This document shows, piece by piece, positions 30,133-44,392 of a stretch of DNA of 64,000 nt. Position 1 is the first letter of the stretch. Every line of letters starts with the position of its first letter. The notes beneath the pieces are model-generated. The model made no database searches. It had not been told where the DNA came from and was given only the letters and a program-made list of their open reading frames with translations. The position numbers and the translations under genes are program-made. The stretch comes from Amoebidium appalachense (lineage: Eukaryota > Protista > Ichthyosporea): assembly GCA_963693365.1 (NCBI GenBank), contig CAVNZM010000004.1, forward strand, positions 10,382,468 to 10,446,467. The letters are read 5' to 3'.

Positions 30133-31152
30133 CTCGGGTGCTAGACACGAGAGAGAGCGCAGTGTGTAAAAAGTCAGAAATGATGAGGGAAGGCTCAAGT
30201 TGGGGTGTGTGTGTGTGCGTAAGTGCACACACACATCAACAACAACTTCAACGGTATGTGTTGATGTTTTATCACATTACCACACTACAGTAAGTCGTGT
30301 TAGCTGAAGGTGTTCGTCGTTTAAATTTTCTATCATGGGGCAAAGGCCCGCATCGACCTATTTGTATATAATAAGCATGTGTGTGCCTTATACATGGGTA
30401 CAATTGTATGGATACTTTTTAAGTGTTCTAGGACAAGTATTGTAGTTGTTGGTTGCAAAGAAGCAATCTTCTTGTATAGAATCACGGCCATCTAGAAACA
30501 CCATAGAATGCATATCTCGAAGCTTCACACACGCCGCAAAATATATTCGTCATTGCTGGTATTCCCTATTAAGGTGCCAATAGAGCACATTCTGCATATT
30601 TTTGGCTTGAGGTTACACGTGCACAGAGCCATGCGTACTCATGATGCACGTAATTACTGCTCTATTTCCCTCCTTACCCCCCTCACTCCCGAATCCTCCG
30701 TCCCTCCCTCCCTCCAGTAGCTACGTCCATCTTGGCCGGGGAAAGGAGAGGAGAAGGGGCATACATATACCGTCGGCCACCCGCCACTACGCTAAAGTAA
30801 CAATATTACACCACGTACCGGTTCCCCTTTCGTAGCTACCTCCCTCAAGACAAAAACCTTGGCCGGAGGTAGGGGGAGAAGGGGGGGGGGGGGATGGGGG
30901 AGAGGGCGTGGGGATGTACGTTCAAGTATCGTGTTAACGTTTGCTGCCAAAGCAAATTAATAAGTTTGAATAGGACAACCATGTGTTTTAGATGGGTGAG
31001 CATGGCTTTTGGGGATGGACGTGAGCATACATATGGTCACTGAGTTCGTATGATTGTGTCAACGGTTTGAGTGCGTGTGTTTCCACTGGCTGTGTGTGTG
31101 TGAATGTACGTGTATGTGTGTTTGTTGTGTGTGTGTGCGCGGGTGTTCTTTT

Positions 31153-31183
<31 letters not shown>

Positions 31184-32589
31184 CGCGCGCGTGCGTGCGT
31201 GCGTATATTTTGTGTGCGCGCGCTTGTGTGTGCGTGCGTGTATGTACGTGTGTGTGTGTATGTTTGTGTGTGTGTGTTTAACTTAGTGTTAGGCTGCCGC
31301 AGTTGTGTATGAGTGAACGTGTACACCGATGTGTACTGTGCTATTTGTGTGTGCTCGTGTACGTCCGGACCCATGTTCGTGTGCGCGGCGGTACCGTGGG
31401 GGAGTGGTACAGTAGTGACACCGTGACACAGTGCACGTGTGTGTATGCATCTGGCGGTATGCGTCCGTGAAGGAGTCGGGTTATTAAATCATCGGATAAC
31501 GGCTGACAATATTTATCCGGACTGCGATGTGTGAGCATTGATCTTAGAACCGTGGGTTGCCTGTTGGCACGTGTTGGCTTTGTGAAATACCCTTATTCCC
31601 TAGGCCCGGACTACATAAATCCGGCTGCAACTGGAAAGATGGGCAGGAGGAGGGGGGGACGGGGGGGGGGGGGGGGGGGGGGGGGGGGAGGGGAGGGGGG
31701 GGGGACCGGGGGGGGGGGGGGGGAGGGGGGGAGGGGAGGGGGGGGAGGACAACCAAGGCAAAACTGACGAAAATCCGGGCCTCGCAGGTTTGAATAACAC
31801 AAAGACACATAAAGCACTTCGCGCATTGATTTCCAAACTGCCTATGACGTTTTTGCCTCAGATTAAGCGGCAGGGGAGCTACATGGAAATCTTTTTCATG
31901 GCAGGCAGAAACAGCCGGGTCCAGCTAGGCTAAGGGAAAAACCATATGGAAAGCAATTTCCCAAACGGATGCGTGTTTTAGGACATACCGTTTTTTCCCC
32001 TTTTTTTGCAAATTTGAGTGTATAAGGCTTCAACTGCTGCGCAAAGGCTCATAAACAAGGTGTTCTTAATTGCCTCGAGTAAACAGCGTAAACCCCCTTG
32101 GTCATATCCACCAAGGTGTGCAGTGTGAGAGGTCGTGTGAGCTTGTGCGAGCTCGCTTTTGGTTTGCTGTACATGGCTTGGTTACATACACGTGTAAACC
32201 CGTGCAGTTTTATGGTCAGGCGTGCCTTGCCTTGCGCCAGGCCAGCACAACTGCCAGCTAGCAGCTGCCATGGCCAGCAATGGCCCAGCTGGGCCAGCAT
32301 TCGGAGAGCTTGGAAGATTTTCCCGCGCAATTTTCTGGACAGCCAATCAGTGCTCAGATCTGTTTTCATCAATGTTTACTTTTATTCACCCTACCATGTG
32401 GTTTGCTACACCTAAAAGTAGCGAGCAAACCATAGTAAAAAGACGAAACATAGCCTGAATACCGTGTTCATTTCTTTGTGAACCAAATAGCTGCTATATA
32501 TTTGCTATATATTCTTCGTGCTTGTGAATGCGCGCGCAGCCTTCTTCACATTGCAATGTAAGGAATCTCCATGTGACAAATCGTCTCAA

Positions 32590-33074
32590 AGAAGATTGGT
32601 CGGATACGTTACTTTAAAGCAACCATTGGCTGAGGGTCACGCTGAGTCATGACCGTCATGCATTTGTACATGTGCACAGCTTTACTCGCGTTTGCCAACC
32701 ACACACACCACACTTTCTCGTTCGTTTTCTTCAGGGTCCTAGTCTTTTGTCTGCTTTCAGGCTGTGCACATTAGTTGTGCAACAAAAAAAAACACACAGG
32801 CTTTTTTTGGGGAGCTTTTTAGGCTTCCTGTTAAGGTGAGTGAAGCGCCATGAAAAACCCTAAAACCTCGCTGTCAATAGCCTCACCGTGGTCAAACGAC
32901 CAGAATGCATGTACGATCTTTGCCACTTCATGCAGACAATAATAACTCTGTGGGCGAACCACTTGTGCTTATGTTAGACGTGCCACGGTTGTAGTAAACT
33001 CCACGCAATATTCTCTAACAGCCTTTCCCGTTTATCTGCATCTGATTCATGTTTTTTGCATACAGACACAGAGA
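32590..33074 (+). promoter_or_regulatory. Importin-5 upstream region: CCAAT boxes, AP-1-like site and 5'-UTR intron
   Basis: ATTGG at ~32595 and ~32625; TGAGTCA at 32643-32649; AAG|GTGAGT donor at 32836 and TACAG acceptor at 33065, 9 nt before the ATG. Confidence 0.45.
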
Positions 33075-35332
33075 ATGAGCTGGGACCAGCTTGAGCAGAC
33101 TCTGTTGAGTCTGAACGATGCAGACAACGACAGGCGCCACCAGGCGGAGGAGACCATCAAGCAGCTGCAGACCAACCCGGATATGGCCGTGGTGCTGCTG
33201 ATACAAGTTCTGCGCCAGTCGGCAAACCCCCAGGTACGTTTTGCACTGGAGGGAGGGAGGGAACTACTACACGCCAAAGGGTGGTGGGGCTTGCAGTATG
33301 GCGAGGGAGGCATACAGTTTCCATATACTCCCTATGTCTTAGCTGCGCGCACACACGCACGCACACATACACAACACACATACATTCACTCACTCTTCTC
33401 CAAGCTTGACACTTTCTGGTTCACCAACCCACATACACTTGAACTTACACGCACACACACACACACACACACGTGCATACACTTGCAACACGTACACACA
33501 CAAAGAAGACACAAGCCCACGGCCATACACTTGCTCACACGTACACAAGGGCAGGAATGTGCTGCCACAAGCAGTCGGATACCGTGTAGAACACGTGCAT
33601 CCAGAATATACGGGTTACATACACACACTTATCTACAAAAGCTCTCTCTCCCTCCCTCCCCCCCTTCCTCCCCCCCCCCCCTCCCCACCCGCCTCCACAC
33701 ACACGCACAAAAAACAAGTCACGGGTGCCTGCAGCTGACGTGCTGATACATGCCAGGCAGACGCATGACACACACACACACACACACACACACTGTACAC
33801 ACTGTACACACCGTATAGACACCTAGATCTAACACAAGGCTGTTCTGTAAACACAGTGTGTCACACGCACAGGCAAGCACACTCCCGTACACACGTTAGC
33901 TCAGACACAGGCAACCCAAGTGCACACAGAAACACAAACACTATTTGATACTAGGTATGCATATACACGATGCAATACATACACACATGAACGAAATGGA
34001 GCGGGTGGGGGGGAAGGAGAGGCGCGCGGGGGGGGGGGGGGGGGAGGGGGTACTTGGTTTCGGATTCAAGGGCAGCATGCATACCACACAGTCATAACAA
34101 ACGCAACACTCGTGTGTGTCAGGAGAAAAGAAAGCAACACGTTTTAACGGAATTCCCCAGGCCGCCCTCCCCAACCTCCCCCCGCCCACAAAACACCACA
34201 CCGTTTCTCAACCCCATCTCACGCTGCCCGTTTCTTTTTGCAATTTTGCAGGCACGTGAGACGGCTGCCGTTCTGTTCCGTCGTGTTTGCTTCAACCTGG
34301 AGGAGCCCCTGTGGAAGAAGGCCTCATCGGTACTGCTTCTCCCCAAACATACCCTCTATTCACACTCGTAGATCCATACATGCTTCCTTTCCCCCCCCCC
34401 CCCCCCCCCTCCCCCCTCTCTCTCTCCCTCTCTCTCTCTCCCTCCCCTCTCTCTCTCTCCCTCCCCCCCCCTCCCTCTCCCTCCCCCCCCCCCCCTCTCT
34501 CTCTCTCTCCCCCTCTCCCCCTCTCCCCCCGCTCCTTTCCCCAAACAATTCCCCCCACCGTTCTTCTTTCTCAGCCGGCTAGGTTTTGTGTTGCCTGGTA
34601 AGTTTTGAAATGGAGCTCTCGTCTCTGATCTGTCCGCCACAAGTTTTTATTTTTTTATTTTTAATGCTCCTCCTTTCCCCCCTCCCCCCCCTCCCCCCCC
34701 CCCCCCCCCCCTTTTCACCTCCGTCGTATATACGCGGGCTAAGGGGTCGAAACTCAATCGCAATTGATGACTTGGGCCCTCCCTGAGGATGGGCTCTGCT
34801 TATGACGCATACTGTGCGCATGGCTGATGTTGCACACTTGAATGTTTGCCTTTGCATGTGTCCTGCACCATGCTTCTCATCGTGTATGCGTACTTCGTAC
34901 TGTGTTCCGCATTCAAACCCCCCCTGTCTTCTTTCAGAGGTGTCCTTTCAGGACAGACCACTGTGTGGAGACATCTTTACTTCCATGCAACCGGGCATGG
35001 TTGCTCTGTGTCGTGCATCTGTAAGCACATACGCGTTTTTCGCTGCACTGCATTAGTTTGCACACACATCTTCACCGTTCTGCTCACCTTGCTTGCATAA
35101 GCAACCCTGCTCGTCTTTGATCAAGACGGGTTGACCCACCCAAGTTCAGTTGATGCTGCTGTCTGAGTTTCCACCTGAGCGTGCTGTCCAATATCTACCC
35201 CCCCCCCCCCCCCCCTCCCCCCCACGCGGCCCCCCTCACCCGTGGTCCACCTGAGCGTGCTGTCCAATATCTACCCCCCCCCCCCCTCCCCCCACGCGGC
35301 CCCCCTCACCTGTCCCATCATTACTCCGCATG

Positions 35333-35395
<63 letters not shown>

Positions 35396-36140
35396 CCTGT
35401 ACGTGTGCAGTGCCGCACCGAGCTCCTGGGAGCCATGGAGGTCGAGACTGTGGACAAGGTGCGGAGAAAGATCTGCGATGCAGTCGTGGAGATTGCAAGG
35501 GGCACACTGAGGGGTGCGTGTGTGTGTATACATGTGTGTGAGTGTGTGTGTGTGTGTGTGTGTGAGTGTGTAGGAGAGAGTGTGTATGTACATGTAGGTG
35601 TTGCATGTTTTTGTGGTGTATGTTTGGGTTAGAAGAGGGGGAATATGAAGGTAGGAGGGTTGTCGTGGTTGCAGATGGGCTTTCCCCCGTCCCCCCCCCC
35701 CCCCCCCTTGCCCCCGCATCAACCCCTCCAGTACATCATGCCAAAACTTCTTCTCCTCGTGTACTGGGTGGTTTCTATTCACAGGGCATGGTACGGGGGG
35801 GGGGGGGGGGGGGGGGGGGGGAGACAGAGAGAGAGAAGCCTTAAATTATCGACCACATCCCATTACCTACATAGCGTCTCTGATTAAGTTATCGTTTAAA
35901 AAAGCCGTTTTCTATTTGCTAAAGTACTGTGTGCAGAGGGTGCTGATGCCGATGAGCCGTGGCCCGAGCTCCTCCCCACCTTGTTCCGGCTTACACAGAT
36001 GCCCGAGTCTAGGCACCGGACATCCTCCCTGCATATCTTCTCGAATCTTCCTTCCATTTTTGGCAAGCAGCTGCCTCACTATCTCCACGTGATTAAGGAC
36101 ATTCTTGAGAAGGCTATCAGCGAGCAGGAGCCCGACCCCG

Positions 36141-36184
<44 letters not shown>

Positions 36185-36376
36185 TGCTGTGAAGGTGCAG
36201 GTGAATGTCTTTATGTGGTGTGCATGTGGGCAAGTGGTGTTGTGTTCGCATGTCGTGCTGCTTGGAAGAGGTCGAGAGGGTGATTGTGGGTGGATGGGGG
36301 GGGGGGGGGGGGAAAGGAGATGGATAGTAATATGTTGGAGTTGGAGCTGTATGCATCGTTCTTGTATGTGTGTTTT

Positions 36377-36425
<49 letters not shown>

Positions 36426-39103
36426 GGGTGGGGGGGGGGGGGGGGGGAGAGAGGGGGCTGAGGCAAGTTAAGTATAGGTTTGGGACGGCAACATGATATT
36501 GTCTATCCCCCCCGCCCCCCCTCCCCTCTCACCTTCCCGTGTCTGTGTGTGCTCACACTTGGCTTGCTGCAGGTTCGTGTTGGTGCCATGCATGCGGCCA
36601 TTGGGTTTGTGTTGTTCCTCGACACGGCTGCTGAGAGGAACGTGTTCCAGCCCCTGCTGCCAGCCATGCTGCAGGTAGAGTCATGTGCACACACACACAC
36701 ACACACACACTTTTCTGTCATTCGCTCTTTCACCCACTCTCCCCACATTGCCCTCTTCCCTCCTTTCACTTTGCTTGCACTTCTTCCCCCCTTTCCTACC
36801 TCCCTCTCATCCTCTGTATCAACCTCCCCCCTCCCCCTCCCCCCCCCCTCTTGGTTTTGCTTCCCACTCACCCCTCACTCCCTCTCGCTCTGCCTGTCTT
36901 CTCTTTCTTTGCTTCCTCCATTTCCCCCTCTCCCCTCATCGGTCTGCCAGCTCCCCCCCCCCCCCCCCCCCCCCCCCTTCCTTCCCTTCTACTCATTCAA
37001 AATCTGCTAAACTTAGGTTGTGGCCTAGCCTCCTTCCTTTCCTGTCACGGCGCTTCCATTCTGCTTAACGTGGCAGGTGTGGTGATGAAAACAGCTTTTG
37101 GATGCTTCTGAGTATCTTCAACACTCTGCTGATCCCACTGTGGTTTCGTTGAACCCACCTGTCCATGCTGCTCGCGTCTGTGTTTCAAGGGCCAATCGAT
37201 TGGGTTTGTTACTTACTTCTACGATCCCCCTCCACCGATGTTCAATATACATGCACATACACACGTACACACACACACACACACACGTACACACACGTAC
37301 ACACACACGTACACAGCTTCTTGCCGTGTGCCTGACCACGGGCAGTGCCAAGGGCATCGATGTGCTCCAATCGTTCATCGAGGTGGCCGAAAATAGCCCC
37401 TCGTTCCTCAAGCCCATCCTGCAGCAGGTCGTGCAGGTACGAATATTCGCGAATGTTCGGGAATATTCTCAAATATCTCGCAAGTGTTATACCATTTATG
37501 GTGAATTGTGTGTTAATTTATGCCCAAAGAAATTTAGATATTTACGTTTGGATACGGGCCTACATGTACCAAAATTGAGTGGTAAAAATGAAGAATGGTG
37601 TCCAACTCTCGCTTCTCTAAAGTGCAGAATCGCAGCTGAAAGGAAACGAGACATGTAACATGGCAGGTGTGGTGATGAAAACAGCTTTTAGATGTTTCTG
37701 AGTATCTTCAACACTCTGCTGATCCCACTGTGGTTTCGTTGAACCCACCTGCCCGTGCCGCGCGTGTATGTGTCAATGTATCAATCGAGTGGGTTTGATA
37801 CGTACAGTAGTTCGTGAATATCTGACCATCTCCCCCCCCCCCCCCCTCCCCCTCCTGCCCACCCGCTCACCCGCCCAGCCACCATTTCCTATACCACCAC
37901 AACCTACTTTTTATCCCTCCCCCCCACCCCCTTCGCCCCCTCTCTCCTCATCCCTTCCCTTGTACCTTCCACCCCCTTCCATCCTAATTAGGGCATGACT
38001 GAGATTGCCGGGAATGTCCAAATCGACGATGAGTGTCGTCGTCTTGCCATTGAGGTTGTGTGCACGTATGTGGAGCAAAAGCCTGCGGCATGCAGGAAGC
38101 AGGGGTACTTTGCAAACACGGTGCCTGTGGCCCTGGCTATGATGACAGAGCTGGAGGAGGATGAGGTGTGTACGGTGTGTGTGTGTGGCGCGGGGGGGGG
38201 GGGGGGGGGGGGGGAGGCCGCGGGTGGGTGGGTGCCGGGGGGGGGGGGGGGGGTAACTTATGTGGGTTGGGGGGGTTGTGTGGTGGGTGGGGGTGTGGTG
38301 GGGGGGGGGAGGGAGGGGGGAGATGGGGACGGAGAAGGAGGGAAATGGGAAGGGGGATCCTCTGGTTGGAGTTGTTGGGAAGACTTTGAGTAGGAGAGTT
38401 AGTGAGTGTGTAGAAAGGAGAGGTGTGTGTGGACACCCGGGGGGGGGGGGGGGGGGGGGGGAGGGGGGGGCAGGGGGGGGCAGGGCTGTATTGGTGGATG
38501 GTGGTGGACAACTCACTACCGTGTGCTACACGACAGACTGAATAATACTAGATATCATTATGTCTGAAGTTTGCCATCCTATTTCTATTTTATAGATTTT
38601 TAAGTATCCTATTTAGATTTAATTAATGAATTATACCGCACGATTTTAATTTTTATTCTATTTCCAGGACTGGGACAACCAGGACGACCTTGATGATGAC
38701 TTTGACGACAACAACAGCACCATCGGAGAGCAGATCATCGACAGGCTGGCTTGTGCCTTGGGAGGTGTGTTTTTTTTTGTTTTTTTTTTTTGTTTGTTTT
38801 TTTTTGGGGGGGGGGGGGGGGGGGGGGGGAGGGGGGGGGGGGGGAGGGGGGATGGGGGATGGGGTATTATGGTTGTGTGTTTGTGGAGGGGGGAGGGGAG
38901 GGATTGGGTGAGTTGATGGGTTACCGGGGCAAGGGTGGGGGGGGGGGGAGGGGGGGGAGAGGTGTGTGTGTGTGTGCGTGTGGAGGGAGGGGATGGGGGT
39001 AGGTGGGGTTGGTGGATGTGTCAGTGGTGGTGTGTGTGTGTGGATGAGTGACATTTGAAGGGTAGTGGGGAGGGGAAGAAGCGGGGGGCAGCTGTGCGTA
39101 TTG

Positions 39104-39147
<44 letters not shown>

Positions 39148-39698
39148 GGGGCTGGAGAGTAGGTTAGGGGGAGGGGGGGAGGGGGACCCAAATATCCGCT
39201 ACCATATATGGAAACTAGATGTCTATCTATAGCAATAAAGTGTTTGTTTCCATTATAGGCGATTACTTGTCTGTTTTCAAGATAGGCAACTAAATATATG
39301 CTTCCATAATAGGCAACTGAGTATATGCTTCCATAATAGGCAACTAAATATATGTTTCCATAATAGGCAGCTAAATATGTTTTCATAACAGGCAACTAAA
39401 TATATGCTTCCATAATAGGCAACTAAATGTATGCTTCCATAATAGGCAACTAAATACATGCATCCATAATAGGCAACTACGTGTTCCCGGTTGCGTTCCA
39501 GCACATTCTGCAGATGATTCAGAGCCCCGACTGGAAGTTCCGCCATGCCGCCCTCATGGCCATCTCGGCCATCGGGGAGGGCTGCAGGAAGCCCATGGAG
39601 GCAAAGGTGTGTGTGTTTGTACGTGTGTGTGTGCGTGCATGTGTGTGTGTGTGTTTGTGTGGGTAGGGGTTTGCGTATACCTGTGTGTGCGCGCACAC

Positions 39699-39733
<35 letters not shown>

Positions 39734-41828
39734 GTGGGGGGGGGGGGGGGGGGGGGGTATGTACACGAGGGGTATGGGCGTTTGTGAAATTGTGTGTGTG
39801 CATGTTCAAGGTTGGGTCTAGCGGGAGGCTCCAGGGCGGGAAGGGGGAGGGAGGGGGGGGGGGGGGGGGGGAGATGGGAAAGTTTGGATATCAATGTGGA
39901 TATACATGAACGTATCATTAGGAGCTCTCATATGCACACTTGATTTTACTGATTCCACACACGCCATAACACCAAACGCTAAAACAACAACCTGACCGAA
40001 CGAATCCCCCCCCCCACCCCTCCCCTTGTGCCTTTTATGCATACTCTTCGTGTGATTTGCATCCTGCATTATGTTGCCCGGTATGAATGCGTACTTCGTC
40101 CTCTACAATACATTCTAACATCCTCCCCCCCCCCTTTTCCTCTCTTTTCCTCCTCCAGCTTGCGGAGATAGTACACGGTGTTCTACCGTACCTGGCCGAC
40201 CCCCACCCCCGTGTGCGCTATGCGGCCTGCAATGCCCTGGGCCAGATGGCCACAGACTTTGCCCCCGGCTTCCAGGAGGTCTTCCACTCGTCCGTCATCC
40301 CCGCCCTTCTTGCTTGCACCGTACGTGACTGTTCTTTGAGGACCTCCCCCCCCTCCTTCCCCCCCCTCACACACATGCGCGCGTGCGATCATGCACACAC
40401 ACACTCACACACACCTGTGCCACTCCTCTTTTTTTGCGCTTTGCATGATATGCGCACATGTGGCACAAATACACACATGCATGCACAACTATTGGGCGCG
40501 CGCACACACACACATACTAGACACACACACATATCCGCCCGCGCACACACACGCATATCCGCGCGCACACACACACATACTATACATGTATGCAAAGGCC
40601 TGCGCACACACACATCCCCCTGTTTTCCCGCCATTAACTCTTGTATAACCATTCAATCCTTTCTCGCTCGTTGACGTTCCTCACCTGAAATACCCCACTC
40701 CCCATGTAAGTGAACACACGAATTATCATAGTGCATTTGTCTGTCGGTGTATCCCTCCCCTTCTCCCGGCCATAATGTGGACGGGCTCCTAATATTAGTT
40801 ACTAACTCCGTGTTGTTGTATTACGTCTTTATTCATGACGTTTTCCGTATTCATGACCTATTTGTGATCTGCGCTTTGATATTTCGTTGTGTCCATGGTC
40901 CTGTCTGCCGCAATCTAACTAACCCCCCCCCCCCCCCCCCCCCCCCCACCCTCACCCCCCTCCTCCTCCCCACTCTCTCCCCAAACACTCACACACACAG
41001 GACGATGCCAACCCGCGCGTGCAGGCGCACGGCGCGGCTGCGCTCGTAAACTTCACCGAAGTTGCGCCTAAATCTCTCCTCGCGCCATATTTGGACGCAA
41101 TCTTCACCAAGCTGCTCCAACTTCTGAGCTCCACCCGTCGTATTGTTTTGGAGCAGGCGGTGACGACTATTGCCACCGTAGCCGACACGTCAGAGGACAT
41201 GTTTGTGAAGTACTACGACACATTCATTCCCCAGCTCATCAATATCATGGTCCATGCTCAGGCTGACAAGAGCCACAGACTGCTCAGAGGTAAGACGGTA
41301 TCCCCTCTTTTTTTTGGCCTGCCTCCTTTTTTTTTTTTTTTTTACTGTGAACTTTTTCTTGCATGGAAACATTTTCTGACACTCATTACCCCTTCTTCCC
41401 CCCCCACCCCCCCCCTCCCCCCCCCCCCCCCCCCCCCCCTCACCCCTGTGTCCTATTCCTTCAGCACGAACAGGGCCTAGAAGTGTTTTTTATCTTTCTG
41501 ATGGCAGGTACAGAAGGGTAAGAGCCATGTGGGGACGAAAGGTGGTGATGGCGGTGGTGGTGGTGGTGATTTTTTATTTCTTTCCCGGGAAGAGGGGGGA
41601 AGGGGGGGGAGGTACCTACCAACGAGGTGGGCGCCCCGCTTACGTCCTTGCTGACGAATTTGCAAATTGGGGGGTTCTTTCAGGCAAGACGATCGAATGC
41701 ATCAGTCTGATTGGTCTGGCCGTGGGGTCTGCCAAGTTCCGGGACGATGCACTGAGGGTGATGGAGGTGTTGATGAAGACCCCGGCAGAAGAGATGGAGG
41801 CGGATGACCCCCAGGTGTGTGTGGGGGT

Positions 41829-41859
<31 letters not shown>

Positions 41860-41996
41860 TGTGTGTGCATGGGTTGATGGGTGTGTGGGTGTGTGTAGTT
41901 TGGTGTGTTTGGAAGGGGAGGGGTGTGTTTGTGATGAGGGGGGTGGATGGGTGGATGGGTGGGTCGGTGGGTGGGTTGGGGTGTGTGTGTGCAGGG

Positions 41997-42027
<31 letters not shown>

Positions 42028-42749
42028 AGCGGACAATAGTGGATGGTGCTGAGGATTAGGACGGAGGGTTAGTGGAGGAGAAAAGGAGGAGAGTGTATGT
42101 GATGGTGGGGGAGGTGGAGGGAAATGTCCTGGGTTGGATTTGCAGGCCGTATTGCATTTCCGGTGAATCGTGCTGATGTGTGGTTTGGGGCCCGTGTGAT
42201 CTGTGTATGACACACATGCCGGTTGAGGAACGGGGTGTATATGTGTGTGAGTGTGTGTGTGTTGTGTGTGTGTGCCCGGAGGAAGGGAGGGTGGAGGGGG
42301 GGAGTAAATGTACAGGTGGTGGTGGTGGTGGCATCAGCAGAGAAGTGCATACAGCCCAATCACCGATCTTTTCTGTTTTCTATAAAAGGCTATTTTTCCT
42401 GACGTGCACCCATCAGGTGTCGTACATGCTTGCTGCGTGGGCCCGCATGTGCAAGATCCTGGGCAAGGACTTTATCCCCTACCTGCCCACCGTTATGCCC
42501 CCTCTCCTGCACTCGGCTAACATCAAGCCCGACTTTGCAATTATGGACCGTACGTCCCGTCCCCCCCCCCCCCCCCCCCCCCCCCCCTGTATGGCTTGCA
42601 TTCTGCATCGTGTTATCCGTTTGTTCTTGTGTACTTCGTACTTTTTGACGCATTCAAAACCCCCCCGGACGTTCCCGGTTACTTTGCAGAATTCTGCATG
42701 GTGTTGTAAGTTGTGAATGTATGCCTTGTATTCTTGACACATTCTGAAC

Positions 42750-42784
<35 letters not shown>

Positions 42785-43778
42785 TGGGGTTCGGATTTTT
42801 CCTGTCTATTGCATGTATGTATCGGGACTCCATTGGGAAATTCTCTGTGCCCTTATTGGGCCCATCGTTTTCTTTTTATGGTGCATCTGAGACTCCATTG
42901 GTTTGTTTTCGTAAACCCTATCTAACAAGAATTGCATTATGTTGTGAAGTCAGCGGCGGGTGAGCAGGCGCCAGGGGGGGGGGGGGGGGGGTTCGAACCT
43001 TGGAAACATATATCAAGGGGGGAGGGGGTTCGAACCTTGCAAACACATATCAAGTAGGCATTGGCTAATCTTTTTTCGTCTTTTCGGTCACAGCCGATGA
43101 AAATACGGACAACCTGGACCCCGCCGAGGGCTGGGAGTTTGTGGTGCTCGACAGCCAGAGGGTAGGGATCAAGACCTCGATCCTTGAGGAGAAATGCACG
43201 GCGTGTGAGATGATTGTGTGCTATGCACGTGAACTGAAAGGGGGTTTTGCACCGTACGTGGAGGAGGTGTTGAAGATTATGGTGCCCCTACTCAAGTTTT
43301 ACTTCCACGATGATATCCAATCAGATTGCGTGGTTAAGTGGTTAGAGGTGGTTGTTTTTGTTTTTGTTTTTGTATCTCGTGGTGCGGGAAGACTTCTGAA
43401 ATTTGTTTGGGTTCTCTTTTCTTTATGTCCTTTGGCTTGGTTGGTTGGTTGCCCTTTTTTATACTTTGATTCTTGGTTTGTTTTCCTTCTTTATGGGGTG
43501 GAGTTGGGGGGGGGGGGGGGGGGGGGGGATTTGTGGGCAAGCATGTATGTGTGTGCGCGCACCAGGGGGGAAACCAAGAGAGAAGGGGGAAGAGGGCATG
43601 TCCCGAAGGAAAAAATGCCTTAGGGAATTGCATTGAAGACACCGGGGATTTTTCGGTATTTTTTCATCGGAAATTCTGGTTTATCCTTGACCGCCCACAC
43701 GTGTGAGGTTGGCAGCAGCCGCCTGCATGGGTCCCCTCCTGCAGTGTGCCATTGACGGTGGCATGGGTATGTTCCCCC

Positions 43779-43832
<54 letters not shown>

Positions 43833-44356
43833 GCGCACGTGCACACACACACAGACACAGACACTCACTAACGCGCGTGCGTACACGCACACTAACACAC
43901 TTGTGTGCGCGCATGCACACACACTTAACCCCGGGTTTAAAGTCTATGCCGGGGTTTCTCGATTAGGACGTAGTTATGACATAATTCATAATAAACGTGA
44001 TGTCATTGATGATGTCACGAATTCAAGAATGACGTCACCGGATCACGTACATGGTGGCTCACGGGCAGCCGAAGCCGATAAAATTGAGCGCACTAATCGG
44101 TAATGGCCATATATGAATTGTTTTTTTAGGAAAGTCTGGAGATAAATACGATTGAGAAAGGCCGACATAGTCGTTAAACTCAAACTCACACTCGCAAACT
44201 CACACTTGCGTGCGCGAACGCGCGCACACACACACACACACACATACCAGGCCCCACGCCCGACACACACAACACAACGTAAGACATAAAGAAAGAAAAC
44301 GGGGAAGGAAACACAATTCTCCCAATAGATGTCCCTCCCCCTCCCCTTTCAACTAC

Positions 44357-44392
<36 letters not shown>

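Noticed and set aside
38496-38580. Additional C/D snoRNA in an IPO5 intron (stem GGATGG/CCATCC, CTGA boxes)
   Set aside because: No recognisable C box and no rRNA-complementary guide identified.
39282-39479. CRISPR-like array
   Set aside because: Units are contiguous with no unique spacers, the context is a eukaryotic intron, and there are no cas genes.
42120-42215. H/ACA snoRNA-like two-hairpin segment ending in ACA
   Set aside because: The hinge lacks an ANANNA H box and the second hairpin is weak.
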